From Bacillota bacterium (GTDB taxonomy: Bacteria; Bacillota; Dehalobacteriia; UBA4068; UBA4997), in contig JAETNY010000011.1 in assembly GCA_021771915.1 (NCBI GenBank), forward strand, positions 3,473 through 67,472: a DNA stretch of 64,000 nucleotides. The letters run 5' to 3'. Made by a program: the position numbers and the translations under genes. Shown here one piece after another: positions 1 through 10,800 of the stretch. The notes under the pieces were generated by a model. That model was not told the DNA's origin, did no database searches, and worked only from the letters and a program-made list of their open reading frames with translations. Each line of letters starts with the position of its first letter. The first letter of the stretch is position 1.

Positions 1-836
1 GTTTCTTTTGAAATAAGCGGCTCATGAGTGTTATCCAATCTGATCCATTCTTCCGGCGGCTTGCGTATTTTGCTCTTATCCTTATAAGTACGATTGCCGG
101 TATAGTTCATAATCAGATTACCGATATAAACCTCATTATTAAGTATCTTACGAATAATTGCATACTGCCATAAACCGCCTTTAGCCGAAGGTATATGTTC
201 ATTATTCAGCAAAGCGGCAATCTTGGCATAGGCCATACCCGCCGCCCTTAATTCAAATATCCGTTGCACCACCAAGGAGGTTTGTTCATCTGGCACAAGC
301 TTGTGGCTATCCAAGCCGCATTTGCGGTAACCATAGGGCGGATTGCTGGAAATATACTGCCCACTGCGTTTTCTGGCGTTAAGCACCGATTGCATTTTTC
401 GGCTCAAATCTTTCAAATGATAATCGTTAAGAATACTGCGAAAATGCAGCATTGTGGTATCGTCCTCACTATCCAGAGAATCGACCACCGAAACGAAGCG
501 ACAACCCAAAGCCGGAAATATTTCCTCAGTGTAACGGCCAACCTCCACATAATCCCGGCCTAATCTGGATAAATCCTTAACCAGAATAAGATTGATTATC
601 CCGGCTTTAGCGTCCTCCAGCATTTGCCGAAATGCCGGCCGGTGAAAATTACCGCCGCTCCAACCGTCGTCGCAATACACTTTTGTTTCCAGCCAACCGT
701 GCATTGCAATGAATTTGCGCAAAAGCTCCTTTTGGTTTTCAATACTTACCGACGCGTTAAACTCGTTTATGCCCTTGGCGGTGAAATCGTCCATACTCAG
801 GCGGCAATATGCGCCAACTTTATATAGCTGCTGCAT
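1..836 (-). CDS. Large serine recombinase 2 (partial, runs off window start; absent from ORF track)
   Basis: Manual translation from ATG 836: MQQLYKVGAYCRLSMDD...SIENQ...YCDDGWSG...KDLSRLGR...PPYGY; overlaps the stop of the upstream recombinase. Confidence 0.92.
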   Translation of the reverse strand, partial: MQQLYKVGAYCRLSMDDFTAKGINEFNASVSIENQKELLRKFIAMHGWLETKVYCDDGWSGGNFHRPAFRQMLEDAKAGIINLILVKDLSRLGRDYVEVGRYTEEIFPALGCRFVSVVDSLDSEDDTTMLHFRSILNDYHLKDLSRKMQSVLNARKRSGQYISSNPPYGYRKCGLDSHKLVPDEQTSLVVQRIFELRAAGMAYAKIAALLNNEHIPSAKGGLWQYAIIRKILNNEVYIGNLIMNYTGNRTYKDKSKIRKPPEEWIRLDNTHEPLISKE

Positions 837-2484
837 AATTCACACCCTCGTCCGCCGTCAGGCAATCGTCAACATTGCCTACATAGCGATACACTATCTT
901 AATATCACGCATCGGCCCAAGCGGAGTTTGCGCCAACTCGCCAACCTCAATACGGTCAACCAGTTCAAACAAAATACTTTCGTCCAGCTTTTGCAGCTCC
1001 GTATACTGCCGGATTAAGGCCAGCCAGTGATTAACATCCTGACGAACGCCCTGCTTAACCTTAACTTTCTCCTGTAAATCTGGCAGCAAAGCGGCTTTTG
1101 CCGCCCGCTCCGTTTCATACTTCTGCATTAGCATTTGGAAAACGCCCGGCGTAATATCTCCATTATATTTATCCTCATAGAGATTTTGCATAAGCTTTTC
1201 CAATTCAGCCAATCTTTTGTTTACAGCTTTCAATTCCTGCTCCGCCGAGGCGATAAAACCCCGCTGCTCGCTCTCCTTGAGGTAAACCAGACGCTCCAGC
1301 AGGCCGTCATAATCATACTCAGCATACTGAGCTTTCTCCCGAATATCCGCCAATACTAATTCATAAAGAATTTCCTCGCCAATGCGATGACTTGTGCAGC
1401 CGCTTTTGCCGGTACGATAATATGAGCCGCAGAACAGATATTTCAGCGTTTTTTTCGTTCCGTCATTATATTTTTGATTGACGGTTTTATAAACCATTTT
1501 AAAACCGCAATCAGCGCAATATACCAAACCACAAAATAAATTATTATTGGTTTTGGCGTTAGATGTTTTACGCACTTTTTTCTGGCTAACCGCTTTTACC
1601 GTATGCCAAAGTTCTTGGCTGATAATCGGCTGATGGGTTCCCTCAACTCTAATCCATTCGTCCTCCGGCTTGTCCACCTGCTTACGGATTTTATAGGATA
1701 TACTTCCATGCTGTCCTTGCACCATATTGCCGATATAAGCCTCGTTCTCCAAAATGCACTTGATAGTATTATTAACCCAAAGACGATTGACCTTGCGATT
1801 ATCCGTCTTACCTTTACGCTGATAATACAGCGCGCCCGGCGGCAGAATACCGTCCGCATTAAGCGCCGCCGCAATACCGCAGTAGCTTTGCCCGGCAGCC
1901 CTAAGCGCAAATATCCGGCGCACCACTGGAGCAGTTTCTTCATCAATTACAAAATGGTGCTTATCCTCCGGGTCGCGCAGATAGCCATAGGGCGGAAAAG
2001 TTCCCATAAACATACCGTTTTCGGCGCAGGCTTTTTTCACCGCCTTAACCTTTTTACTGGTATCCCGGCAATAAAATTCATTAAACAAGTTCAAAAAGCA
2101 CATCACATCGTTGCTGCTGTCCTTGTTTAGCGTGTCAATGCCGTTGTTAAGGGCAATAAAGCGACAGCCGATACTTGGAAAAAGATAGTCGGTATACTGG
2201 CCGAACTCAATATAGTTGCGGCCAAAACGACTTAAATCCTTAACCAGAATTACATTGATTTTCTTGGCCTTGGCGTCCTCGATTAAACGCTTAACGCCCG
2301 GCCGGTTAAAGTTCGTGCCGGAATAGCCATCGTCGATATATACGTCAATTTCATTCCAGCCCCGCTCCCGAACATATTGCTGCAAAAGCAGCTTTTGATT
2401 TTCGATACTAACAGACTCGCCGTCCCGTTCATCATCATTGCTCAGACGGCAGTAGATGCCGACATTGTATGTTTCGTTAGTCAT
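820..2484 (-). CDS. Large serine recombinase (TnpX/TndX-like)
   Basis: YCRLS catalytic Ser, DDGYSG, KDLSRFGR, PYGY, Zn ribbon CADCG...C, coiled-coil C-terminus. Confidence 0.96.
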   Translation of the reverse strand: MTNETYNVGIYCRLSNDDERDGESVSIENQKLLLQQYVRERGWNEIDVYIDDGYSGTNFNRPGVKRLIEDAKAKKINVILVKDLSRFGRNYIEFGQYTDYLFPSIGCRFIALNNGIDTLNKDSSNDVMCFLNLFNEFYCRDTSKKVKAVKKACAENGMFMGTFPPYGYLRDPEDKHHFVIDEETAPVVRRIFALRAAGQSYCGIAAALNADGILPPGALYYQRKGKTDNRKVNRLWVNNTIKCILENEAYIGNMVQGQHGSISYKIRKQVDKPEDEWIRVEGTHQPIISQELWHTVKAVSQKKVRKTSNAKTNNNLFCGLVYCADCGFKMVYKTVNQKYNDGTKKTLKYLFCGSYYRTGKSGCTSHRIGEEILYELVLADIREKAQYAEYDYDGLLERLVYLKESEQRGFIASAEQELKAVNKRLAELEKLMQNLYEDKYNGDITPGVFQMLMQKYETERAAKAALLPDLQEKVKVKQGVRQDVNHWLALIRQYTELQKLDESILFELVDRIEVGELAQTPLGPMRDIKIVYRYVGNVDDCLTADEGVNYAAAI

Positions 2485-2558
2485 TATTTTACCTCCCGAC
2501 TATATCCATACGCTGTGCGGCAAAGTGGCTCTCATTCAAATATTGTTTGAATGATTTA

Positions 2559-2587
2559 ATTATAGCCCATCACTAACCGCAACGCAA
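2559..2587 (-). promoter_or_regulatory. SigA-type promoter of the recombinase pair
   Basis: Minus strand TTGCGT-17nt-TATAAT; 9-bp inverted repeat tcattcaaa/tttgaatga at 2532-2554 just downstream. Confidence 0.65.
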
Positions 2588-2626
2588 ACTTGTCATCGCC
2601 TATTCCGCAATTTTTTTAAAACTTTT

Positions 2627-2791
2627 TTAAGAAACATTTTCTCCGGCAGCAGCCGCAGCCATAACCTTACGAACGGCCAGCTGTTCCAAAGTTTCCGCTA
2701 AATTTTTTTCACCCGTGAAAACGCTGGTAACCCTATACAGCGTTCCACCAATTTTGACTTCTTTGTAGGAAGTCTGCTGTTTGTTTTCCAT
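2627..2791 (-). CDS. TnpW-family small transposon protein (54 aa, absent from ORF track)
   Basis: MENKQQTSYKEVKIGGTLYRVTSVFTGEKNLAETLEQLAVRK...; RBS ggagtg; usual position before serine recombinase. Confidence 0.8.
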   Translation of the reverse strand: MENKQQTSYKEVKIGGTLYRVTSVFTGEKNLAETLEQLAVRKVMAAAAAGENVS

Positions 2792-2854
2792 TGTTATCAC
2801 TCCAATATATCATTAAATCATAAAAAAGTATCACCCTTATACGAGGTTTGAATT

Positions 2855-3125
2855 ACAGGCCGCCCTTGGCAGGGCTGTCATAACTCCAAACTGCCGCTAT
2901 ATCACGAACAGCCCAGAGTTCCACCGCAAGTCTGTGGGTGGGCGTGAGCAAGTATCATTATCATTCGACCACATAATGTAATCCTTTGAACATTACACCG
3001 TCTTGGCGGTCAATTTGCCAAATTGATTTTCATAGTTTACGCTTATCGCTCGTTCATATATAAGGAAGTCTTGGCGGCGCATCCAGCGACTGGACTCCCT
3101 CCGGTCGCTATGTTTCGCTCGGGTG
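2855..3125 (-). ncRNA. Candidate structured RNA/cis element with two tandem CGAGCGA-hairpin-CGCCAAGAC modules
   Basis: GC-rich non-coding island, several hairpins, repeated motifs 68-69 nt apart; strand inferred from flanking genes. Confidence 0.5.
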
Positions 3126-3231
3126 TAACTTTTGTGCCTGCAATACAAAAATATTAAATTATCAAAGAACCGTTATAGAAAATTCCTCAAATTATACTCA
3201 AGAAATTTATCTCTCTATTAAATGCATCGTT

Positions 3232-3717
3232 TTAAGGCATTTTGTTAAGTAGTTTAGAAAAATTTTTTATAATTTTTTTCTTTGCTGCCGAAATAGAATA
3301 ATATATACTCACCCTTGATGTGCCGTCTAAATCTGCAATCTTACTTAAAGATAATCCCTCCACATAATACAACCACAAACGCCGGAACTGCTTTTCAGTC
3401 AAGCAAGCCTTAATCTTGGCTACAAATGCTTGCTGTTCCACATCATTCAAACCTTTTAACAAAACCTGTTCGGCAGATCTGGCATATTCCTCACCTAAAG
3501 ACTGCTCCTGCATTTTCTTCTGCAAGCGTTTATAGCTTTGCCCAGCGTTGTATTCCTGACGATACTCATCGTCAGACCACTCTTTCCAATGCAAAAATTC
3601 TTCCTCGCTGGCAAACTCATCTTTAGTAAGGCGGACAATCTCACCAGCCGCATTCTGGCAAACAATAGCCTCTTTATTGTTTTTATTCAAAGCATAGTCG
3701 CTCTTTTTGTTAAACAT
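3232..3717 (-). CDS. Sigma-70 region 4 HTH regulator (Tn916 Orf7-like)
   Basis: LTEKQFRRLWLYYVEGLSLSKIADLDGTSRVSIYYSISAAKKKI. Confidence 0.85.
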   Translation of the reverse strand: MFNKKSDYALNKNNKEAIVCQNAAGEIVRLTKDEFASEEEFLHWKEWSDDEYRQEYNAGQSYKRLQKKMQEQSLGEEYARSAEQVLLKGLNDVEQQAFVAKIKACLTEKQFRRLWLYYVEGLSLSKIADLDGTSRVSIYYSISAAKKKIIKNFSKLLNKMP

Positions 3718-4028
3718 AAAAAATCTCCTTTATTTTCAAAATCTCTTTTCTCAGAAACCTTGAAAACAAGGAGGAGAACGACAATTTATATTTTGTACTG
3801 TCTTTATGAATTGCAGTACACTATTATAGCTACAACGTTTCGTTGTACTGCACTGAAATTCACTATTGTAATTCTAATATTTTGCCACGGCTTTTCTTGC
3901 ATAATTCATCTCCATTAAACATTGATATGAACCAGAATAGATAATAAAAGCGCATTACAAAGAATTTAATTAAACTACAATATGTTGTAAAATATATCTA
4001 TTGTAGAATATATTTGGGGTGAATTAAA

Positions 4029-4388
4029 ATGCTGAATTATACCAAATCATTAGGTGAGGCTATAAAAAAAGCACGTCAAGAGCAAGGACTGACTCAAGCC
4101 CAATTAGCGGTAAAAGCCAATATTGATGTGCGTACAGTAATAAATATTGAAAAATTTAGAGGTAACCCCAAAATGGAAGTTTTATATCCTTTAGTTAAAG
4201 CGCTAAAAATAGATGCCAGAGAAATTTTTAATCCAGAAATGCAGAGAGAAACACCTGCGATTCAAAGACTGCGCTTTTTAATTGAAGATTGTAATGAGGA
4301 GGAGGCTATTGCTTTAGCTTCTATCATTCAATCTGTTTTAAATGTAATAAGACAAAAACAAGCAAAAAATAAGCAAAATCCCTTATAA
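4029..4388 (+). CDS. XRE-family HTH regulator
   Basis: IKKARQEQGLTQAQLA...IEKFRGNP; divergent from the sigma-like gene. Confidence 0.9.
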   Translation: MLNYTKSLGEAIKKARQEQGLTQAQLAVKANIDVRTVINIEKFRGNPKMEVLYPLVKALKIDAREIFNPEMQRETPAIQRLRFLIEDCNEEEAIALASIIQSVLNVIRQKQAKNKQNPL

Positions 4389-4396
4389 AACAAAAA

Positions 4397-4430
4397 AAGT
4401 CTGAACCCAAAATCAACTGGATTCAGACTT
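4397..4430. terminator. Hairpin between convergent genes
   Basis: aagtctgaa/ttcagactt stem preceded by an A-run. Confidence 0.55.
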
Positions 4431-4619
4431 ATTACTTCGTACCATTTTGAACTGTACCACATCAACTAATGTCTCTGTTTTACATTTACTGCAATAAAGA
4501 GGAAAATTGAGCATAACTGTATCAAAATATACGCCAACTTTAGTTTTAGCGCCACAGTTTGGGCAATAAGCCCAACGAAAATCATCTTTATCAGGGTTTT
4601 TCCCAGCCTTAATATTCAT
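4413..4619 (-). CDS. Cysteine-rich KTR domain protein
   Basis: CPNCGAKTK...NFPLYCSKCKTETL. Confidence 0.85.
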   Translation of the reverse strand: MNIKAGKNPDKDDFRWAYCPNCGAKTKVGVYFDTVMLNFPLYCSKCKTETLVDVVQFKMVRSNKSESS

Positions 4620-4707
4620 AAAAATAACACCTTTCCAACGATATTATTAACTCTGCGTCTTGCGTCCGGTTTTTCATAATATCGCATTTTTCAGATATTC
4701 AGATACC

Positions 4708-6483
4708 TTATTTAACCAATTTATTTAAATAAGACTGTGGATTAGCCCTTAATTCAGCATAGCTGCCCTGCTCAGCAACCTGCCCCTTATCCAAAACAAT
4801 AATCTCATTAGCCATATTGCTTATCTGCTGTATTTTGTGGGAAATCATCAGGCAAATTTTATCATGTGCCAACTCGGTATAAATTTTGACAATGTCATTC
4901 TGCGCGTTTATATCCAAAGCGGCGTCAGGCTCGTCAAAGATATAAAAATCACCGTTTTTCATTATCGTTCTGGCAATAGCAATCTTTTGCCATTCGCCCA
5001 TTGAAAGCTGCTTGCCGTCATCGAACCAATAGCCCAGCTGTGTTTCCAGCTTTTTCTCATCAAGCAGCCTGAAAGGGAAATTAACCGTAGTAAGAGCCTG
5101 CATTATCTTTTCATCGTTATCTAGGCTAGCAATATCCCCATAGGCCACGTTTTCTCTGACCGTGCTTTCGTATTTGGTAAAATCCTGAAACAATACGCTG
5201 GTTAAGCCATAAAAGGAATTTCGCTCAATATCTCGCAGCTCAATACCGTTAAACAAAATTTCTCCCTCATAATTATCATAGAATCCTAACAGCAGCTTAA
5301 TCAAAGTGGATTTGCCAGAGCCGTTATTACCCAAAATGGCCATTATACTGCCTTTGCACAGCTTAAAATTAACATTTTGCAGTGAATAATTAGAACTGTT
5401 GGGATATTTATAGAATAAATTCCGCACTTCAATTTCATCAATGGAATCCAGAATCTGTCCGCCGTTCTGGTCCTGTTCAGCCACCGGCAAATCCATAAAG
5501 TCAAAATACATTCCGGCAAACAACGCGTTTTTAGCTATTGTTGAAAAAACGCTAAATATAGACTTGATTTTGGCCCGCACGTTAAAAACGCTTCGGGTAT
5601 AAGTTATAACATCACCCACCAGAATAAGCTGCAAAACGCCTCTGGAGATAATATACAGCAAAATAAAGCCGGAAATAACATAATCTAAAAAATCTAACAG
5701 AAAATATGTAACCGTCGTCCGCTTCACTATCTGTATATCCTGCCGGATAAATCCCAGGTTCAGCTGCTTAAACCTGTTCAGCATAAAGTCTTTCAAACGA
5801 AAAATCTTAAATTCCTTTATGCCAACCCCTTGAGTAATCAGATAAGATATATACCACGATTTGCGTTCTTTAGTGGTTCTGGCCTTTTGGATATTATATT
5901 GCACCCGGCTAATATGCACTGAATAGGCATATTGAAGAACAGGCACAAAAATCACCGGCAGCACAATCCAGATATTAAAGGCGGCCAAAACAACCAGCAG
6001 CGAGCCAATTGAAAGCAGCGCCTGCGCTGTGCTGACAATGGAGCTAAAAAAAGTTATTATCTGGCTGTTACCCTGGTTTACCGCTCGATTAATCATATTA
6101 AATGTTTCAGTGTTCTCAAAATCCTCCATTTTCAAGGACAGCGCTTTGTCCAAAACGCTTAAAGTCAATTTCATATTCAAATCATAAGTTATCTTACTGG
6201 TATAAAAGCTATATATGGCGGATATCAAAGTGCTGAAAATATCAATAGAAACATAGATTATAAGCATAATAATTATTCTTTTCATATCGTTTAAATTCAG
6301 CTGTATCTGATTCAATATATCCTGCAAAACAACCAACGACACAGCCGGCAAAATACCCAGCAGAATATTTACCACAACTGTCAGCAGCATATATGCTTTG
6401 CTATATGAATAAATCAACTTTAGACATTTGAAAAAAACTGCTAATACCCCATTAATATTTTTCTTTTCTTCCACTTGTTTCAT
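4708..6483 (-). CDS. lanT: Lanthipeptide exporter, NisT/SpaT-like ABC transporter without peptidase domain
   Basis: N-terminal TMD; GNNGSGKST, LSMGEWQK, IFDEP; adjacent to lanC. Confidence 0.88.
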   Translation of the reverse strand: MKQVEEKKNINGVLAVFFKCLKLIYSYSKAYMLLTVVVNILLGILPAVSLVVLQDILNQIQLNLNDMKRIIIMLIIYVSIDIFSTLISAIYSFYTSKITYDLNMKLTLSVLDKALSLKMEDFENTETFNMINRAVNQGNSQIITFFSSIVSTAQALLSIGSLLVVLAAFNIWIVLPVIFVPVLQYAYSVHISRVQYNIQKARTTKERKSWYISYLITQGVGIKEFKIFRLKDFMLNRFKQLNLGFIRQDIQIVKRTTVTYFLLDFLDYVISGFILLYIISRGVLQLILVGDVITYTRSVFNVRAKIKSIFSVFSTIAKNALFAGMYFDFMDLPVAEQDQNGGQILDSIDEIEVRNLFYKYPNSSNYSLQNVNFKLCKGSIMAILGNNGSGKSTLIKLLLGFYDNYEGEILFNGIELRDIERNSFYGLTSVLFQDFTKYESTVRENVAYGDIASLDNDEKIMQALTTVNFPFRLLDEKKLETQLGYWFDDGKQLSMGEWQKIAIARTIMKNGDFYIFDEPDAALDINAQNDIVKIYTELAHDKICLMISHKIQQISNMANEIIVLDKGQVAEQGSYAELRANPQSYLNKLVK

Positions 6484-6498
6484 AACAAGACACCAAAA

Positions 6499-7848
6499 TC
6501 AGCTTATCAGCAAATGCTTTTCGTGCATTGAACCTGGATTAAATAAAGATAGCAAGGCTAATATAACGCCAGTAGTTCCATTCAAATAACTATCGTCGTC
6601 TTCCTCTGGCAAATCTTTCGGCCCATAATCAATGTTTTTGAAGCCATACTTAAAATCCGGATTATACAGGTTCAAAATCTCATCTAAACACATATATAAG
6701 CCAGGCAACAGTTCTTTAAACGATGTTTCTCTATATATCTGATTAAAAATAGCCATAGTGCCGGCAAAACCGTGACAAATAATAGGTGATAATAAATTGT
6801 AAAATCGCAAAGGCGTTTTTGAAATTATCTCCATATTACGTAAATATTCGCTGCCGTCTTTGCCTAGACATTTATACGCCTGATACAGCACACAGGAAAT
6901 GCCTATTGAACCATAACACCAACTCATACGCGTATCAGTTGCTGCCACATTTTGCTTTTTGTATAATTCTGCTGGCAAAATCATCGGCCAGTACATAATA
7001 TCGTTTTTTACTGTTTTATGTTCATCCATAACACTGATTAACTTTTCTATTGCCAGCTGCTGACTGTCAACAGAAATATTTCGTGCCGCAGAATAAGCCA
7101 TAAGGGCTAACGGCCCAGCAATGCCATGCGCCACGCCAAAATCCAAAGTCCCATGTAAATATTGCGTTCTGCGCTCCACCGGCCAGAGATTTTCATTCGT
7201 TACATAAAAACCGATAATTTCTTTATCTTCAACGGTAATATTTGCCGATTTTTTTACCAGATAGCGCAGGATTTGCACCAAAGCCTTTTTTTCAGTTGTA
7301 CAATCCTGTATATACCCCAAGCTTTCTATATACATAAGCAAGTATCTGCCCACGCCAGTCATACCGATAATTATATCATAGTGCTGCACCAGTGTGTTTT
7401 CATTCTCTATTTTGGTTAACTTTGTCATTGTTAAATCACAAACAATTTTATTTAATGATTTAAGAAATTTACTAAATTCACCTGATTTAATCGTTACACC
7501 CAAAAGAGCAAAAGCCATATCTGTTAAACCATGAAAAAGGGCTAAACTATCATAATGCTCTATATTTTTCTTAAAATAAACTAATATATTATATACATTG
7601 TTTAGCCAGCGTTTTTTTTCAAGCAAGAAATCATAGCCATCGCCAATCGCCAACAAGTACGAAGCCAATAAATGACCGTCTATACAATCTCTGTCCTGTT
7701 TCCACATATTCTGTTCATTAGCTGCTAAGTCCTGCAAAACGCCGTCAATTCGGTTATAATAGGCTTCTAATATATCTATGATTTTTTGTTTCTGCTGCTC
7801 ATCTAAAGGAGCCATATTTTGATTAAAAAGTTCTTTATTTAACATCAT
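6499..7848 (-). CDS. lanC: Lanthionine cyclase
   Basis: GVAHGIAG, SWCYG, ICHG Zn-ligand motifs. Confidence 0.95.
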   Translation of the reverse strand: MMLNKELFNQNMAPLDEQQKQKIIDILEAYYNRIDGVLQDLAANEQNMWKQDRDCIDGHLLASYLLAIGDGYDFLLEKKRWLNNVYNILVYFKKNIEHYDSLALFHGLTDMAFALLGVTIKSGEFSKFLKSLNKIVCDLTMTKLTKIENENTLVQHYDIIIGMTGVGRYLLMYIESLGYIQDCTTEKKALVQILRYLVKKSANITVEDKEIIGFYVTNENLWPVERRTQYLHGTLDFGVAHGIAGPLALMAYSAARNISVDSQQLAIEKLISVMDEHKTVKNDIMYWPMILPAELYKKQNVAATDTRMSWCYGSIGISCVLYQAYKCLGKDGSEYLRNMEIISKTPLRFYNLLSPIICHGFAGTMAIFNQIYRETSFKELLPGLYMCLDEILNLYNPDFKYGFKNIDYGPKDLPEEDDDSYLNGTTGVILALLSLFNPGSMHEKHLLIS

Positions 7849-10800
7849 TAAACTGCGCTCCTTTTTTTACATTGCTCGCGTCATGCAGCAACATATTACT
7901 TTTGGTAAAAATAGCATGTCTAGTTAAAAATGACACCTTATGTTCCCACTCACGATTACCGTCATATCTATTGCAGAACATATGGATTAAGGTTAGCAAA
8001 ATATTGTCTATACTGTTAGCGAGCTGCCCAGTTGCCTCTACCTGTTTAATCTGCCGCGCATATTGTTGAATAACCGCTGTTCTCTCCTCAGCAATGCGCT
8101 GAACTTTGGCTGAAAAATTTTTAATATAGTTATCTTCTATCGCATTTAGATAGTCCTTTTTCTGTTTGCGGAATACCTCTTTATATTTAATATTATCCAT
8201 ATATTTAACAAAAAAATCATTAGTTGCCTGTATACCATCATAAAAACAGCCAACCAAATTTTGCATAACCCAAATACCAATTTTCTCCCGCTGAATTTCA
8301 CCTGCATTCTTACTTATTTCTTGTAGCAAGGCAATAACGAATCGACTATCATAGCAAAAATAATTTTCAGCATATCTGATTAGATTTGAACCACCATATC
8401 TCTCAATTTCTCTTTCATATTGAGAAATAATATATTCATAGCTAATCAGATTTTCCTGCAACAAATTAAACCATTCTCTAAATTTCTGCATAATCTCGCC
8501 CAACTTATCTGGCTTTGTAATTTGCAACCGCAGGCGAATATGATATTTAGGATCAGCATACTTTATGAAAAAAAATTTTTTTATAATCGACTGATAAAAC
8601 ATATCATCAATAAACGGTTCCAGATATTTTGCCAAAAAGGTAGAAGCCTGCATTTTATTTACATATATTTTAAAATATATCCACCCCTCGTCTCCTGGAT
8701 ATAGCACTCGATCAGGCGTATAAAAACTAGACAATACATTTCTTACTGCATAAAAGGAACCAGAAGTATTCTCATTTGCACTAGAAATATGCTCCTGCAA
8801 ATCAACCCTGAAAAATGGAACGCTGAATTCCGCAGCATAAAATCTATGCTTCTCGTCCTTAACTAAAGAAGTCGAAATATTTTCATATTCCATTCTCTCT
8901 AAAACGACTTCCTTTCTTTGCTTAACCAATGCTCTATATAGCAATTTAAAAGTAAACTCATTTTCCAAATCCAACACTAACCGATTATCCATATGAGCAT
9001 AATACACATACTTAGGTAACTTCCAAATTTGCAGGTATTCTTTTAGCTCCGTTGCAAACTGGTCCAATAATTTGCCTGTGAACTGTTCAGGATCCAAGCG
9101 CCATTTTTCATTAGACAGAACAATATTGCCAAATTTAATTTTAGGGCAGTAAGCATATTTCATACTTTGCAACATAAATAAATTTTGAATCGGCGACACC
9201 TCATAAGTAGCAGAAATACTGCGTAAAAAACGAATAACCGGATTGCTGGAAAAAACATTATACATACTGTTTGTTATAAACTTCACTCTTTTTTGCAAGG
9301 ACTTAGACCAAATAAACATCTGATTTTTTTTGGGATCATGCCCCAAGTACAAATCATTCAGATTTAACGAAGTGTTATGCTCAAACTCAGTGATACCTAG
9401 ATACAAATTATGATCATACTGACGCTTATAGCTGTACAAATTGGTATTTCTCAAATAATGAGAGACTTCATAAACATCTGCAATAACATAATCTTCACTA
9501 TGATGTAGCTTTTCTCGTCTATATATTTCGTCCATTTCCTGCGAGAAATCAGTATTCAGGGCACTGTCAAAGCGACTGATACCATTACCAGCTTGAGCAG
9601 AGCCTACATTTGGCCCAATGTATATTTCATAACCGGTATCTGCATTGGTAACAAATACGTTTAAGCTGTATGAACTAGCATAATTCAATTTAGCCATTTC
9701 CTCACTATCTATGGCCTTTATGGTTTCAATATCTGCATCTGTTATTTCCACAACAGATCGTCCTTGCCGAAGCGCAGTCATTATTTTATTTTCTAGCATT
9801 CCTTTTATAACATTTAATTTTCTATATGCGTGCCGAGAATTTCCACCTTCTGCTGCTTCAGCCATATACCCATTATATGGTAATCCCAAACCAATATCTG
9901 TGTCAATCACCTCGGTTAGAGGGATTAATGCGTCAGAACCATACTTTACCATAAAAATATTCTTAAAGGCTTGCAACTTCTCGTCTTCATTATATGGCGT
10001 AGCTAGACTCATCATAAAGTCTGAGAATTCTTCCAATTCATTTTTAATTTTAATATCCAACTTGTTATTTTCTGAATCCAATTTCAAAATTGTATAAATA
10101 TAATTCTTGGCCTTAACCACCTGTTCCATAAGCCCGGTTAGGCTTGCCAAAATTTCTTCTCCCTTACCAAACTGCGCCTTAGCATATTCCTCACGCAACT
10201 TGTCTATCTCAACCAATTTATCTATAAGAGCCTGTTCCTCCGCCAGCAAATCTATAAACTTATTGTTTTGCAGCAGGCTGTGCAGCGGATCATCTTCCTT
10301 TGATAATACACAGATATTTGTATATATGTATTCATTTTGCAACAACTCTTTTAAGAATTTGTCAATAATTTTCTGCGGCACATTGGGGTTTTTGGCAAAT
10401 AAAAAGTTGCGCAAATCCTTAAAAGGCACAAAATCGGCGGCAAACTCCCGTACATAATCCACCTGTTTGGTATATTTGATACTTAAATCCTCGGCATGTT
10501 CAACATTTTCCTTGCGCAAGTTAGAGCAATAACAGTTTTTCAAACGAGATTTTGCCTTATAGCAATGCTTATTAAAAATTACCTGCAAATTCAGCAACAA
10601 GCCCGGCATTTCCTCAATTTTCTTTACCAGCTTAAAATACCACTCGTTATCGACCCGGCAAATTTTATGGTATTGCTCTTGCCCAGCCAAGCAAATATCC
10701 GTACCCTCACTACTGAACTCCGCCGTAGCCACACCAGCAAAAAGGCCATATGGCGTTGGTCTAGCAGTCATTCTACCATAATATTTTTTAACCGACTCAA

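Noticed and set aside
2559-2570. gggctataa shared between the recombinase promoter and the lanA repeats
   Set aside because: Only 9 nt and overlapping a -10 box; compatible with chance
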